Shown here: one piece after another, positions 39,566-50,010 of the stretch
Layout: each line of letters starts with the position of its first letter
Position numbering within the stretch: position 1 is the first letter of the stretch
Assembly (NCBI GenBank): GCA_028710985.1
Contig: JAQTTB010000002.1
Span: forward strand, 6,888 to 70,887
Reading direction: 5' to 3'
Length of the DNA: 64,000 nucleotides
From: Patescibacteria group bacterium
Lineage (GTDB): Bacteria; Patescibacteriota; Patescibacteriia; JAHJFT01
The notes under the pieces: generated by a model
What the model saw: only the letters and a program-made list of their open reading frames with translations
Told to the model about the DNA's origin: nothing
Databases searched by the model: none
Made by a program: the position numbers and the translations under genes

Positions 39566-39740
39566 ATTGATTAATCATATGAGTATAGTCCAAAATTATT
39601 AGTCTGTCAAACGTCTAGCCGAATGTAATCGATATTCAAGCATTGGGAATCAGGAATCAAGAATCATGAATCAGGAATAAAGCCCATCGCAACGCCCCTA
39701 ATTCCTGATTCCTAATTCTTGATTCTCTCCGTAGCAATTA

Positions 39741-39773
39741 CTCCTCTTGATAAATAAAACCGCTCGACTAAAA
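39741..39773 (-). terminator. terminator downstream of csp
   Basis: Hairpin CCGCTC...GAGCGG followed by a T-run on the minus strand. Confidence 0.5.
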
Positions 39774-39798
39774 GCCAGAGCGGATTTATTAAACGTGA

Positions 39799-39996
39799 TT
39801 AGGCGCGCGATACCTTGGTCGCGGCCGGGCCTTTTTCGGTGTCAATGAGTTCAAAGGTGACGACATCGCCGACCTTCAATTCATCAAACGTAACACCGAT
39901 TAATTCCTTTGAGTGGAAAAACAGATCCTTTTCCTCGCCTTCGCGGGCGATGAATCCGAATCCCTTGCCTGTAAGAGTCTTAATCGTGCCTTGCAT
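39799..39996 (-). CDS. cold-shock protein (CspA family)
   Basis: MQGTIKTLTGKGFGFI... RNP motifs; trimmed to the internal ATG (65 aa). Confidence 0.85.
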   Translation of the reverse strand: MQGTIKTLTGKGFGFIAREGEEKDLFFHSKELIGVTFDELKVGDVVTFELIDTEKGPAATKVSRA

Positions 39997-40260
39997 AGTT
40001 TTTATTGAATTTTGGTTTATTATATAGAAACTCGATGAGAAACTCGACGACTTTTCATATCTTATTTCACCCACACAGTATAGCACATATAGGATAATTA
40101 ATCAAGAGCCAACTAAAAAGCGCCATTTCACAATGGTGCCTCTTAGTTGGCTCCGAGCGGCGCGTGAACTTAGAACCGTTATTCTGAACGGCTGGCACTC
40201 CTACGAAATGGACGCGGCCGTCAAAATGCTCCGCCATGAATCACCGTTCGATATGATAGA

Positions 40261-43200
40261 TTAAGTATTTGTAGGTTCTTTCTCGGCCGTTAAAGATTCT
40301 ACTTCCTTCCAAAAATCCTTTTCTTCTTTTTTTGGATTAGACACTTTAAGTCCTTTAATTCGCTCTACAACAAAAGCTTTATTCTCACCCTCAGGCCAGT
40401 CCTTAAGGCGGGCTAACAAATCTTTAAAATCTTTTTCATAAGCTGGATAGGTTGGTTTCACTTCATCTAAAATTCCAAGAGAAGTCTGCAAGGAGTTCTT
40501 ATCACGATCCGGTCTCAACATATCAAACAAAACATAAACGAAATCTTTAACGGGAGTCTCCTGCATAATTCCTGTTAGGCTAGATACAGTTTTTAAGGCA
40601 AAATGATGAGCTGAAGTTAATATTTTTCCTGGTTGTCTGAGCCAATCCAGAATTTCTTTACCAATCTCTCGTTTTTTCTCTTCTCCCAAAAAGTCAGACT
40701 TGATTAAAAAGTTGAAGCCGGCTTCTTGAGACGCAAGTGCATCAGATTTTATAAGATTTTTAATTTGAGTTACTGCCTGATCTTTCAAATCTACTGGATC
40801 ATTTTTGCTTAATTGAATCGGCAGATAATCATAAACTGCAATTTGTTCTCCAAAAGGGATAGACGTTACTTTAGCCAATAAAGATTTTACAACCATTTGT
40901 CGATCCGGCAGATTATCGCCCAAACTCTTTATAAAATTCAAACTATTTGCACCCTTCTGGTTAATAATATTTTTAAGCAACTCAATCTTTTTATCCTTAT
41001 CTGCTTTTTTGTATACAATTTCTAATAACACATCATCACTCATACTACGAGATAGCAATGGTTTGAAGTAGGTAGATAGAAATTTTTCGGCAGTTTCTTT
41101 TTTCCAATAATCAAATACTAAACCAATCTTAGCGGCTCCAGCGTTTTGGAAGTAACCATTAATCTGAGCTACGAGTTCATTCTGTTGTGCTTCTGGCACA
41201 TAGAAGCTAATCCAACGTAAATTATTAACTAAGCCCGTGCGATTATCCCAAGCCCCAATACTATTAAACGCCTGGATAAAATTCTTTGTAAGCTGAATTT
41301 TAGTGCCGTCATCAACAATCTTAAACTGATCCTGAAATTCACTAAATATATCCCCGCAAGTAGCGAATAAAGTTTCTTTTTCTGCGCGGTAGTCTGGACT
41401 CTCGGTAGTCTCTTTATTTATTACTTCAGTAATTTTTTGCAGAATTATATTAAACTTGTTCTTCTCTGAAATGTATTCCTTAAACTGCTTAATTATTGTA
41501 ATCTGTCCCGATAGACTATCTCGGTTGAAATTAGCGATAAATTTGTCAAACGCCTGGGGAGAAATAAAGGTCGTCTGTTCTTCAAGTGTGCCAAATAGCG
41601 ATATAATATCGAAATTTGTTGAAAAATTCTCATCAATAAACTTAACGATCTGAATTTTATCTTCATCTGCTATTAATGAAGCGTTTTGTTTTAAGTTCGT
41701 AAGAATATCTTTTAATATTGACCCCATATTTGGCTTACGAACCTCTTCTGTTCCCACGGCCAAAACATAGCGCTTAATTAAGGGTGCGCGGAACTGGACA
41801 TCTAGTTCCTGCTTCGTAATAAGGTCAGAAAAAACTAAGTTAGTTTGGAGCTGAGTGAAAAATTGCCATAGATCAGCATCTAAAACACGAGCAAGGGATT
41901 CGTAATATACTTTAGTCGAAGACGAAATCCCCAATTCGTGGAAAGCCTCTAAGTGAGTAGTAAATATTTTAAGCAATATATCTCTCTGGCTCCTATACTC
42001 ACGCAAGAGATGACGGATAAAATCAACTAATGATCCTTTATTGGTTTCCGCCGAGGCAAGTTCCTTAAATTTATCTTTGTTGCCCTCGGCCAAACTCAGT
42101 ATCATTTCCTCTGAATTGTTGAGAGATTGATAAATGGTCGGTTCTTTGAAATAGATAAACGGGCGGGCGTTAGAAACGGTAATACGGCTCGTATTTAACA
42201 TGAAGTTACGTAAATCAGCAGAATCTTTATCTTTTAGAATGTTTTCTGGTTCAAACCATTTATCCTTTAATCGATGATAAGCGGGTGTAAATTTTTGTCT
42301 AAGCACCAATACTTTTGCTAAATAAGCGATATTGTCTTTAATCCTTTGCCATACCTCCGTTTTAGAAGCTAAGACTAATGCTGCTATTAAATTATTTATA
42401 AACTGTTTAATCTCACGAGGATTGTTAGAAAAAGCATTGCTAATCACATAAACAATATCCTCTGAATCTTGACCTTGGAGTAAACTTTTTATTTCGCCGG
42501 TATCATTAATCAGTTTTTTAATATATGCGTGAAGATCGGCTTCAATAAATTCGGGCGTCCAAATTACAACATTAAATAGCTTTCTAAGATATTCTGAAGG
42601 GTCAAAATCTTCATCATCCTGACCACCATAAAAACTTTTGATTTGGCTAATAATGGCTTCTGAATCGCAGGGAACTATAAAAACAAGTCCAGCAACACCG
42701 GCCGGATCAAGGAACGTTTTGATAGCAGAAAGAATTTTTATTGCCGCATCACCCTGAACACGATCAATGTTATCAAAAACTATTACAACTTTTTTATTAA
42801 CTTTTTGAAGTATCAGTCTAAACAGAGCTTCAAATTGCTCCGGGGAGTTTAACCGTTCCTCTTTTTCAACCCTTGTTTTAATAGAGGCAAGTGGATTTAA
42901 CGAAGATAAAAACTTTTCGACCGAGCGTTCCCAAACTTTCTCCAGTAAAGGCTTAAAAAAGAGAGCTAGAACAGAGAATGAAGCTACAACGGCCGCAAAA
43001 TCTTTAATTGTTTGAATAATCAGATTATTATTTTTGAAAATCAAATTTAAAATTACCCATCCGATTACTAAAATCAGAGATAAGACTAAAAGCCAGTTTG
43101 TTTTTAACAACAACCAAACTTTTTTAAGCCATCCGGCAGAGCTTACTTGCATTTCGGCCGTCGTTATTTCGCAACTTTCCTCTGTTGATTTATAAAGAGG

Positions 43201-43536
43201 GTCAAGTATTTTTTTATCCTCGGGCGAAAGTTGTTTTTGACTAATCAGAAAGTTTACTAATTCGATCAAAAAAATTCTGCGTAACGAATCTTCCTGATAT
43301 TTCCATGCATCAAAAACAAACATCGGGCTTTGTAGATCGTGACGTATCATTTCAATGATTGTACTTTTGCCCGTACCCCACCTACTAAAAAGTCCGATGG
43401 TATGAACACAAGAATCGTTTTCTAGTATCTCTTTCATAGCTGGAGCAACGTTCTCATGATAAAAGCCAAAAATACCATCTTGACCATTACCAAGCGGGAC
43501 ATCTTTCAAAAATTTAAATTTTAGTTCTTCGGGCAT
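40261..43536 (-). CDS. KAP-family P-loop NTPase (1091 aa, TM helices inserted into the P-loop domain)
   Basis: Walker A GLFSRWGTGKST; two hydrophobic helices after about residue 130; hhhhDNID Walker B-like (VIVFDNIDR). Confidence 0.7.
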   Translation of the reverse strand: MPEELKFKFLKDVPLGNGQDGIFGFYHENVAPAMKEILENDSCVHTIGLFSRWGTGKSTIIEMIRHDLQSPMFVFDAWKYQEDSLRRIFLIELVNFLISQKQLSPEDKKILDPLYKSTEESCEITTAEMQVSSAGWLKKVWLLLKTNWLLVLSLILVIGWVILNLIFKNNNLIIQTIKDFAAVVASFSVLALFFKPLLEKVWERSVEKFLSSLNPLASIKTRVEKEERLNSPEQFEALFRLILQKVNKKVVIVFDNIDRVQGDAAIKILSAIKTFLDPAGVAGLVFIVPCDSEAIISQIKSFYGGQDDEDFDPSEYLRKLFNVVIWTPEFIEADLHAYIKKLINDTGEIKSLLQGQDSEDIVYVISNAFSNNPREIKQFINNLIAALVLASKTEVWQRIKDNIAYLAKVLVLRQKFTPAYHRLKDKWFEPENILKDKDSADLRNFMLNTSRITVSNARPFIYFKEPTIYQSLNNSEEMILSLAEGNKDKFKELASAETNKGSLVDFIRHLLREYRSQRDILLKIFTTHLEAFHELGISSSTKVYYESLARVLDADLWQFFTQLQTNLVFSDLITKQELDVQFRAPLIKRYVLAVGTEEVRKPNMGSILKDILTNLKQNASLIADEDKIQIVKFIDENFSTNFDIISLFGTLEEQTTFISPQAFDKFIANFNRDSLSGQITIIKQFKEYISEKNKFNIILQKITEVINKETTESPDYRAEKETLFATCGDIFSEFQDQFKIVDDGTKIQLTKNFIQAFNSIGAWDNRTGLVNNLRWISFYVPEAQQNELVAQINGYFQNAGAAKIGLVFDYWKKETAEKFLSTYFKPLLSRSMSDDVLLEIVYKKADKDKKIELLKNIINQKGANSLNFIKSLGDNLPDRQMVVKSLLAKVTSIPFGEQIAVYDYLPIQLSKNDPVDLKDQAVTQIKNLIKSDALASQEAGFNFLIKSDFLGEEKKREIGKEILDWLRQPGKILTSAHHFALKTVSSLTGIMQETPVKDFVYVLFDMLRPDRDKNSLQTSLGILDEVKPTYPAYEKDFKDLLARLKDWPEGENKAFVVERIKGLKVSNPKKEEKDFWKEVESLTAEKEPTNT

Positions 43537-43603
43537 ATTTTTACTTTTTCACTACTTCTTCTACTAAAGATTTTATTTTCCAGATTTGGTCTAGTTACTT
43601 TGT

Positions 43604-44773
43604 TTACCGATTACCTTTTGCTCGATTGTGTGTCTTGCAAAGCATCTGGCAGTTTTTTGCTGAAGTTGCACCTCCCTTGCTCCAGGCTGCTACATGGTCT
43701 GCGTCCATTTCGCTAAAACTCCAAATCTTACTCTTGTTAGCATCATGCCCAATGGCACAATGCGGGCAGTTTGATTCGTCTTTTTTCTCTGCCTTGACGG
43801 TTTGTGTTGTATAAACCGTCTTTTTGGTTGCTTCATCAAAAACTCGGACTTCAAGTAATTTTGTGTCAATGGAACCACCAAGAATATACTCAAAAATACC
43901 TTTGCGATTTTTAACATACGGATCAGCATAGAGCTTCTGTACCTCGGCTGATACTTTGGCTGGATTGTACGATTTTTTATGGTGTTCCTCATAAAGTCGC
44001 CCCCACTCAAGACCGCGCATCTCGCTTTCAACATTAGTAAACACACTAGAAACCCAATCGATCACGCTGTTGAAATATTTTTTTAATTCATTAATATTTT
44101 TTTCAAAACGATGACGACTCATATAATCGCCGATATTACCTTTGCTTACCCAATCCAGCGCACATTCTAAAAATTCCTGCCGGTTAGCGCTACCGGATAC
44201 ATACGCGCTCCATTTTTGAATGTTGGCGTTTTGGCTATTACTAAATTCCTCCTTGCCGAGCGTTACAAACGGCCCGGAATACACCGCATTAAGTAATTCC
44301 TGACCATTAAGTGGAACACCGGCAATATTAATTGTTTTGAACCACTCTTTTATCTCGCTTTCTTTCCCTTCGCATTCGTAAATAAGTAAAGTAGTTTTTA
44401 AAATTTTACCCTGTTTGTCTTTTGCCATACCGCTAAAATATTGCTCCATGCCGTTTTCGTCTTTGATAGCAAATTTGTCAGTTATAAACCGCCCAAGACT
44501 AGTGATGCGTTGCTGGCCGTCTAAAACCTCTAAATTGTTGTCGCTTACTTTGTTAAAATAGATCAATCCTATCGGGTACTCTTTGAGGACTGATTCAATG
44601 ACGGCCATTTCTTTTTTACCACCATCAGAAGCATAAATATAATTGCGTTGATACTCCGGTTGAATGGTCAATTTACCAGACAAACCGAACAAACCCTTAC
44701 CTTCAAGTTCGTTATAGACAAACCCATCGCAAATATCTTTAACAGTAATATTAATTTTTAAAGTTGTTTTCAT
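43604..44773 (-). CDS. DUF262 (ParB-like) plus HNH nuclease; GmrSD/BrxU-like type IV restriction-type enzyme
   Basis: DUF262 motifs IQPEYQRNY and [11 protein letters not shown]-terminal HNH: CPHC...[12 protein letters not shown]...[15 protein letters not shown]. Confidence 0.7.
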   Translation of the reverse strand: MKTTLKINITVKDICDGFVYNELEGKGLFGLSGKLTIQPEYQRNYIYASDGGKKEMAVIESVLKEYPIGLIYFNKVSDNNLEVLDGQQRITSLGRFITDKFAIKDENGMEQYFSGMAKDKQGKILKTTLLIYECEGKESEIKEWFKTINIAGVPLNGQELLNAVYSGPFVTLGKEEFSNSQNANIQKWSAYVSGSANRQEFLECALDWVSKGNIGDYMSRHRFEKNINELKKYFNSVIDWVSSVFTNVESEMRGLEWGRLYEEHHKKSYNPAKVSAEVQKLYADPYVKNRKGIFEYILGGSIDTKLLEVRVFDEATKKTVYTTQTVKAEKKDESNCPHCAIGHDANKSKIWSFSEMDADHVAAWSKGGATSAKNCQMLCKTHNRAKGNR

Positions 44774-45966
44774 ATTATTTTTTTCTTATGTTTAATAAGC
44801 ACTCTTTGATAAACTTTTTCCAATAAACCATCTCGAATAATTACTCCACTTGCGTTCAAGTCATAGGTTCCTGTTTTCCCGAATTTATCTAAATACGCCT
44901 GTTTACATTCTGCGGATGTATACACTTTTGTTTTTTGTTTATATAAATCTTCATTCTCACACATTCCAACAATCTTAAACTGCTCGGGGCTATATTTATC
45001 AAGAATACTGACCGGTACTCCCATTACGCCGCTGTAATCGCTCGGGATATTTTTTACTAACGACACTTCTATCGCGTTATAATTTTCATATTTCTCAAAC
45101 GGTTTTTTCATTACGAACTTTATCACCTCTGCCTTGGTCATGAGTGGGAGTGGCTGATGACGACGCCCATGGTCAAGATTGGTAAACCAGCGAACACCCT
45201 GCACTCTAGTGACATATACTTTTTTTCCGCTTTCATTTGTTTTTATTTCACGAACCTGCTCTAAATTGGCAATGTTTTCGGGTATCTCAAAAAACATTGC
45301 ACCGGCATTAACTTTGTAATTATTACCTAACCAAACTTTATTCTCTTTAAGTAATGGGAATATTTCTTTGTAGGTAATCGCGTTCAGGTTGCCGATGATC
45401 AAAAACTTTTTATCATACTTAACAAGTTGTTTTATGTACTCGCGAAATAGACTGAACGGCGGATTAGTTACCACAATGTCAGATTGTTTCAATAGATTAA
45501 TGGACTCATCGCTGCGAAAGTCGCCGTCGTCCTTTAGCGGCATCCATTCGTTATGTTTGTTTGCCTTTAACTGCTTAGCAATGTCTTTCAAGTTGAACTC
45601 GCCATCGCCGTCTATATCGCGCACTTCGTTAATAATGAACTTGTTGGCATTTATCTTTGGACGGCCTTTTGATTTAGTAAGAGTTTTGTCATCGCCAAAT
45701 AATTCCAGTTGCGTATTGGCAACGGGCGAGGGTTTGTAACTAGTGGTGATAAGCTGCTTCAATCCAAGCTTGTTGAAATTAAGCACGAAATAGCGGAAAA
45801 AATTGCTCTCAAACGGGTCGTCGCAGTTACAATACACCACCTTGCCTCGAAATACGTTAGGATCGTATTCCAAATACGCCTCAATCTCTTTCTGAATATC
45901 GCTGTACTGAGTATAAAACTCGTCATTCTTTACTTTTTTTGCGTTTGCAAGATTTTTGTTTGCCAT
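44770..45966 (-). CDS. N6-adenine DNA methyltransferase (NPPF motif; EcoRI-methylase-like family)
   Basis: N-terminal KNDEFYTQ and motif IV VVTNPPF. Overlaps the downstream DUF262-HNH gene by 4 bp. Confidence 0.65.
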   Translation of the reverse strand: MANKNLANAKKVKNDEFYTQYSDIQKEIEAYLEYDPNVFRGKVVYCNCDDPFESNFFRYFVLNFNKLGLKQLITTSYKPSPVANTQLELFGDDKTLTKSKGRPKINANKFIINEVRDIDGDGEFNLKDIAKQLKANKHNEWMPLKDDGDFRSDESINLLKQSDIVVTNPPFSLFREYIKQLVKYDKKFLIIGNLNAITYKEIFPLLKENKVWLGNNYKVNAGAMFFEIPENIANLEQVREIKTNESGKKVYVTRVQGVRWFTNLDHGRRHQPLPLMTKAEVIKFVMKKPFEKYENYNAIEVSLVKNIPSDYSGVMGVPVSILDKYSPEQFKIVGMCENEDLYKQKTKVYTSAECKQAYLDKFGKTGTYDLNASGVIIRDGLLEKVYQRVLIKHKKKII

Positions 45967-45970
45967 AAAA

Positions 45971-46675
45971 TTATTTTTCGTTATCTAGGGCAAGCTTCAG
46001 TAAAAATATCGTCTCGGCTCTGAGTTTCGACTTCACCCAAGCTTTCTGCTTCTCGTCTAGAAGTTCGCCCATACCGGAAAGAATATTGCGGTCACTGACT
46101 TTCTCCAAAGAGTTAATGCATTTTTGTAAAAAATCTTTATAAGACGTTCCTGTTCGGCCCTCTATAATTTCTTTATTCACCGGCCAGTTATTATGCAAAA
46201 AATAATACACGTCAAAAATATCACGATTAGTCTTACCGATGCGTTCATACATCGCACAAAGTTTATGAGCCAACATATCTTCCTTCACCATGACTTTCAT
46301 AGAGATGCCAAGGTATGCCTTTACTTCATACCTCGATCCAAAATTCCGGCGATTTATTTCCACCTTAATATTTTGAGCACCGATTTCCTTATCATCGTAA
46401 GAAAGTAAAAATAAAAGATTGAACCTTTTCGTTTGAGCTTCTTTAATGGTGCCGTAGGCACTTAAAATCTTTTGAATTTGTTCAAAGACATAATCTTCCT
46501 TACTCTCTTCCAACAGATCAAAATCCAAGTCTACTGAAAAACGATTGAGATCATAAAAAAGAAAGGCGGCTGTACCTCCTTTGAATCCCAAAAGCGGTCC
46601 AATAGTTGAATCAGTGTAAATGTCTTTTAAAATTCTGACGAGAATATTTTTGTGTTTTACTGTATCAAGTGACAT
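45971..46675 (-). CDS. AbiEii/DUF1814 nucleotidyltransferase toxin
   Basis: GFKGGTAAFLFYDLNRFSVDLDFD motif. Confidence 0.75.
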   Translation of the reverse strand: MSLDTVKHKNILVRILKDIYTDSTIGPLLGFKGGTAAFLFYDLNRFSVDLDFDLLEESKEDYVFEQIQKILSAYGTIKEAQTKRFNLLFLLSYDDKEIGAQNIKVEINRRNFGSRYEVKAYLGISMKVMVKEDMLAHKLCAMYERIGKTNRDIFDVYYFLHNNWPVNKEIIEGRTGTSYKDFLQKCINSLEKVSDRNILSGMGELLDEKQKAWVKSKLRAETIFLLKLALDNEK

Positions 46676-46680
46676 AGAAT

Positions 46681-47313
46681 TTATTTGGGATTATTTATTA
46701 AAGACTCGTGATATTTTTTGACCATTCTCTCCATTCGTTTATTACCTCCGTAGATAGGCAAGATTAAGTTAACTTTGTCCCAATCCAAAACTGACAAATT
46801 ATCAAAATGATAATCCGTGTTTAAATAAACAACATCTAAAAATGCTCTTTCAGTCGAAGCAATACTGTAATTATCTTTTATTTCGATGCCGGCATTGTTA
46901 GTGAGAATTTCGTCTTTAATCCTTTTGAAAGCAACTACTTGCCCATCGCATTCAATTTCTTTATTTTGGTACGAAGCAACAAAAATTTTAGAGTAGTGTT
47001 GAAAGGTTACACCGGCCGATCCGAGGACGGTTTCAAAACTGACGTAAGAAGGCGTAAATATTTTGGTAGCTAACTCATATTTGTCGTAATTTTTGTCCTT
47101 GGCATAAAGACCGCGACGTATATGGTAAAGATTATTGTGTTTAGTATAGTAATTAACCCTTGAACCAGCGGTAAGCTTGTCAATTCCTCCCCAAAGCAAA
47201 ATAAGGTCTTTGAAAGAAAAAACCGTTTTGCTTGATCTCAATATTTCGTTTAAAAAGCCTTTTTCCATATGTTTGAAGTTAAATATAAGACCCTGCCTTA
47301 TGTTCAACTCCAA
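46681..47313 (-). CDS. AbiEi-like antitoxin / transcriptional regulator
   Basis: Directly upstream of AbiEii; N-terminal wHTH-like region with IRRGLYA; 210 aa. Confidence 0.65.
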   Translation of the reverse strand: MELNIRQGLIFNFKHMEKGFLNEILRSSKTVFSFKDLILLWGGIDKLTAGSRVNYYTKHNNLYHIRRGLYAKDKNYDKYELATKIFTPSYVSFETVLGSAGVTFQHYSKIFVASYQNKEIECDGQVVAFKRIKDEILTNNAGIEIKDNYSIASTERAFLDVVYLNTDYHFDNLSVLDWDKVNLILPIYGGNKRMERMVKKYHESLINNPK

Positions 47314-47367
47314 TTATATGATATAATCAATAAGAGTGCAAGAGCTAAGGGGATAAACAAAACAACT

Positions 47368-47445
47368 GATTAATCACTGTCTTATAATATAATAAGACAT
47401 GTAATTTTTTAGAAATAAAGAAGCCTTATTATATTATAAGGCTTG
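47368..47445. promoter_or_regulatory. two related palindromes in the divergent promoter region (candidate AbiEi operators)
   Basis: GTCTTATAATATAATAAGAC and AAGCCTTATTATATTATAAGGCTT sharing the core CTTATwATATwATAAG. Confidence 0.4.
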
Positions 47446-47453
47446 AATAACTT

Positions 47454-48398
47454 ATGAGAAAACAGCTTAAAGCAATAATTAATAAGCTAAACAAACGGCC
47501 AATATCTTCTTTGACCGGCGATGAATTTGATGTGTATTTTGAACACCGAATGGATAACTTGATATGTGATAAAAAGGTCCTCACTAAAAATGAGCTTGTC
47601 TATCTCCTTTCCGAAACCGGTCCCGGTAATCGACGCATTGATCCGCGATTAGTATTAAAGCTTGTCGATCAAAACATTCTAGTTTCTTCCATACTTGGGG
47701 CTTTACCTGAAATGACAAAATTAAAAGGCCAAAAAGAAAAAGTGGATAAATATATACTCGACCATAAAAGCTCTAAGGAAACTAAACAATCAATTATTAA
47801 ATTGATTGGGAGTTATCTAAAAAATGTAAAAATGATTTCAGATGATCCCTTTATAATCGAAGCCACATTTAAGAATATGCCAATCTCCTGCCTGATAAAA
47901 AACGGTGGCTGGATATTTCCGGATTCAGAATTATTTTCTTTTCTAAGCGCAGTTCAAAAACAAAAAAGGTTTCCAATAGTAATTGCTAAAAAGATATCGG
48001 GTATTCTTTTTCCGGTATTTAAGGGATTGTCGATTTTAGGTTTAAATCTATACAAAACCCTTTTGCCAGAGGAGGGAGAAAAGTTAATAACTAGCTCTAT
48101 TTATAAACCAAAAGAGAGTTTTCTATCAGAGCTGAAGTATAACGGTCAGTTTCAATTTTTAACAAGAGAATACGTTGAAAATATCCAAGACGAATATTGG
48201 AATGGCGATCCGCTAAAAAACTTCTTTGAGAATGTCTTGCTCGGAAATATATCTACTTATTACGAGAATTTCTCAAATTTGAAAATAAATATTACCGATA
48301 ATTTTGCCGATACTGTATCTCAGTTCAGAAAAAACAAAACGACAAAAAATTTACTTGAAATGTATAAAACGCAAGAAAAGATTATTAGCGCTAAATAA
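47454..48398 (+). CDS. hypothetical protein (314 aa, AT-rich, defence-island context)
   Basis: ORF only; no recognised motif. Confidence 0.45.
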   Translation: MRKQLKAIINKLNKRPISSLTGDEFDVYFEHRMDNLICDKKVLTKNELVYLLSETGPGNRRIDPRLVLKLVDQNILVSSILGALPEMTKLKGQKEKVDKYILDHKSSKETKQSIIKLIGSYLKNVKMISDDPFIIEATFKNMPISCLIKNGGWIFPDSELFSFLSAVQKQKRFPIVIAKKISGILFPVFKGLSILGLNLYKTLLPEEGEKLITSSIYKPKESFLSELKYNGQFQFLTREYVENIQDEYWNGDPLKNFFENVLLGNISTYYENFSNLKINITDNFADTVSQFRKNKTTKNLLEMYKTQEKIISAK

Positions 48399-48721
48399 TT
48401 TCCGTCAACTTCTTGTCAGCTTTTGTCAGAATAATTTATCCACAGATGGACCTATTGACCGCGGCCTTTCCGGTCCGCTATTATAAAAGCATAAGAGATA
48501 GGAGTTTGCCTGACGGCGTTCCGATTTATCGGAACTAAGTGTGACGGGGCTACGACTTCTGTCATCAAGCACTACGTGTTTTTTTGCTTGATGATGTGAA
48601 GTGGTAGCCCTTTTTTGTTTTTCAATTAAAAGTTAATTCCCTCTGAGGTTAAGTGCCTCGATAAGAAAGCTTAGTATTTGAATAGAAAGATAAAGGCTAG
48701 TCCCAGCGGGGCCAGCCTTTT

Positions 48722-48922
48722 ATGTTGCCCCAAGAAGCTATACAAGAATTTAAAGAATTATACGAGAAACGCTACGGCGTAAAACTCTCCGATGAGGAGG
48801 CTTCTTTGCGCGCCAACAATCTTTTTAAACTCTACAAAATAACTTATATGGGTGAGCCATCTATTGATGACTTCCAAGAAAAAGTAGTGAAAAGCCATGA
48901 CTTACAACCAAACCACAATTAG
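48722..48922 (+). CDS. small hypothetical protein (66 aa)
   Basis: ORF only. Confidence 0.25.
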   Translation: MLPQEAIQEFKELYEKRYGVKLSDEEASLRANNLFKLYKITYMGEPSIDDFQEKVVKSHDLQPNHN

Positions 48923-49208
48923 CGAAATCCAATTCTATCCGGTTAAACCCAAGGACGGTCTCCTCGGGTTTGTTTCGTTTGTCCTGGACGGCAAATTCTG
49001 GATGGGATCGGTGGCCGTGTTCAGCCGGCCGGCCGGCCGATACCGGCTGGTTTATCCCACACGCAAAGTGGGAGGCCAGAACATAAACATTTTTCATCCG
49101 ATTACCCATGAAGCCGGCCAGGAGGTCGAAATGGCCATTAATGAAAAAGTAGCTGAATTACTTAGTGAAAATTATGAATCAGACGAACCAACCCAAAACA
49201 CGTGGTAA
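48897..49208 (+). CDS. SpoVG-family protein
   Basis: IQFYPVKPKDGLLGFVSFVLDGKFWMGSVAVF...INIFHPITHEAGQEV resembles SpoVG. Confidence 0.55.
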   Translation: MTYNQTTISEIQFYPVKPKDGLLGFVSFVLDGKFWMGSVAVFSRPAGRYRLVYPTRKVGGQNINIFHPITHEAGQEVEMAINEKVAELLSENYESDEPTQNTW

Positions 49209-49608
49209 AAGCTTTAATTTCTTTCCGGCTCCTCACGCTCTCTTTGACGATGAAAAACTGCGTCGTACTTTGACTCACGCCGAACGCGACTTTTTAATGG
49301 CTTTATGCCATCTCACCAACCGCCACGGCAATAAGGACGGCTGGTTTTGGCACATCGACGAAACATTTATAACGCGAGAGAACAAAGAACACGGTTTCGC
49401 TTCATTGGGTTTTAGCCGGTCCACTTGCCGGCGCGTCAGAAAAAAATTGATCAACATGGGACTCATAGAAATAAAACCGGGCACGATGGAACGTGGCCGC
49501 TGGGTCGGAACGATGTACCGTCTCAACCCGCGATTGCTGAAAACGACGGGGGTTCAAAATGAAGCACGGTCAGGCACCATAGAGAACCCCGGCCCGGGAC
49601 CACCATGA
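49165..49608 (+). CDS. putative replication-initiator-like wHTH protein
   Basis: FFPAPHALFDD...ERDFLMALCHL...GFSRSTCRRVRKKLINMGLIEI wHTH pattern. Located directly upstream of an iteron-like repeat field. Confidence 0.35.
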   Translation: MKIMNQTNQPKTRGKSFNFFPAPHALFDDEKLRRTLTHAERDFLMALCHLTNRHGNKDGWFWHIDETFITRENKEHGFASLGFSRSTCRRVRKKLINMGLIEIKPGTMERGRWVGTMYRLNPRLLKTTGVQNEARSGTIENPGPGPP

Positions 49609-49689
49609 AGCACTAAGTAATAAAGATTGAGTAAGAAAAAATAATTAATAAAAAGCTTAAATAAAGCAAGCAAGCTTGCTGAAAAATTA

Positions 49690-50010
49690 AAAAATAGGGG
49701 TTGGGCAAAGCTTGGGTGAAACTTGGGTAGATTTCGATCCATTGAATGGCGACCAAAGGCGACTAAAAGGCGACCAGAAAATGAGGGTAAGGTGTGGGTG
49801 AAATGAGGGTGGAATTTGGGAATTATGGTTGCACTAAAATGCACTAAACCTGCACCAAAATTGGAGAAATCAGACTGGGGCAAAACTGGGGTGAAATTGG
49901 GGCAGCTTTTGGGAGAATCGTCTGCGACAAGGCATCGGGGAAACATCGGGTATTTTGGCGGACACGGCCGGATGAAATCGGTACAAAATCGGTATAAGAT
50001 TTGACCCTCC
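49690..50010. repeat. field of phased short direct repeats / A-tracts (iteron-like, predicted curved DNA)
   Basis: GGCGACCAAA / GGCGACTAAAA / GGCGACCAGAAA; TGCACTAAAA / TGCACTAAACC / TGCACCAAAA; CTGGGGCAAAA / CTGGGGTGAAA / TTGGGGCAG; AATGAGGGT x2; CTTGGGT x2; CATCGGG x2; AATCGGTA x2. Each unit recurs with a 10-11-bp period. Confidence 0.6.

Noticed and set aside
49690-50010. Possible CRISPR array, considered because of the many short direct repeats
   Set aside because: The repeat unit changes every 2-3 copies, there are no constant repeat/unique-spacer alternations, and the period is about 10-11 bp. It fits iterons or phased A-tracts rather than CRISPR.
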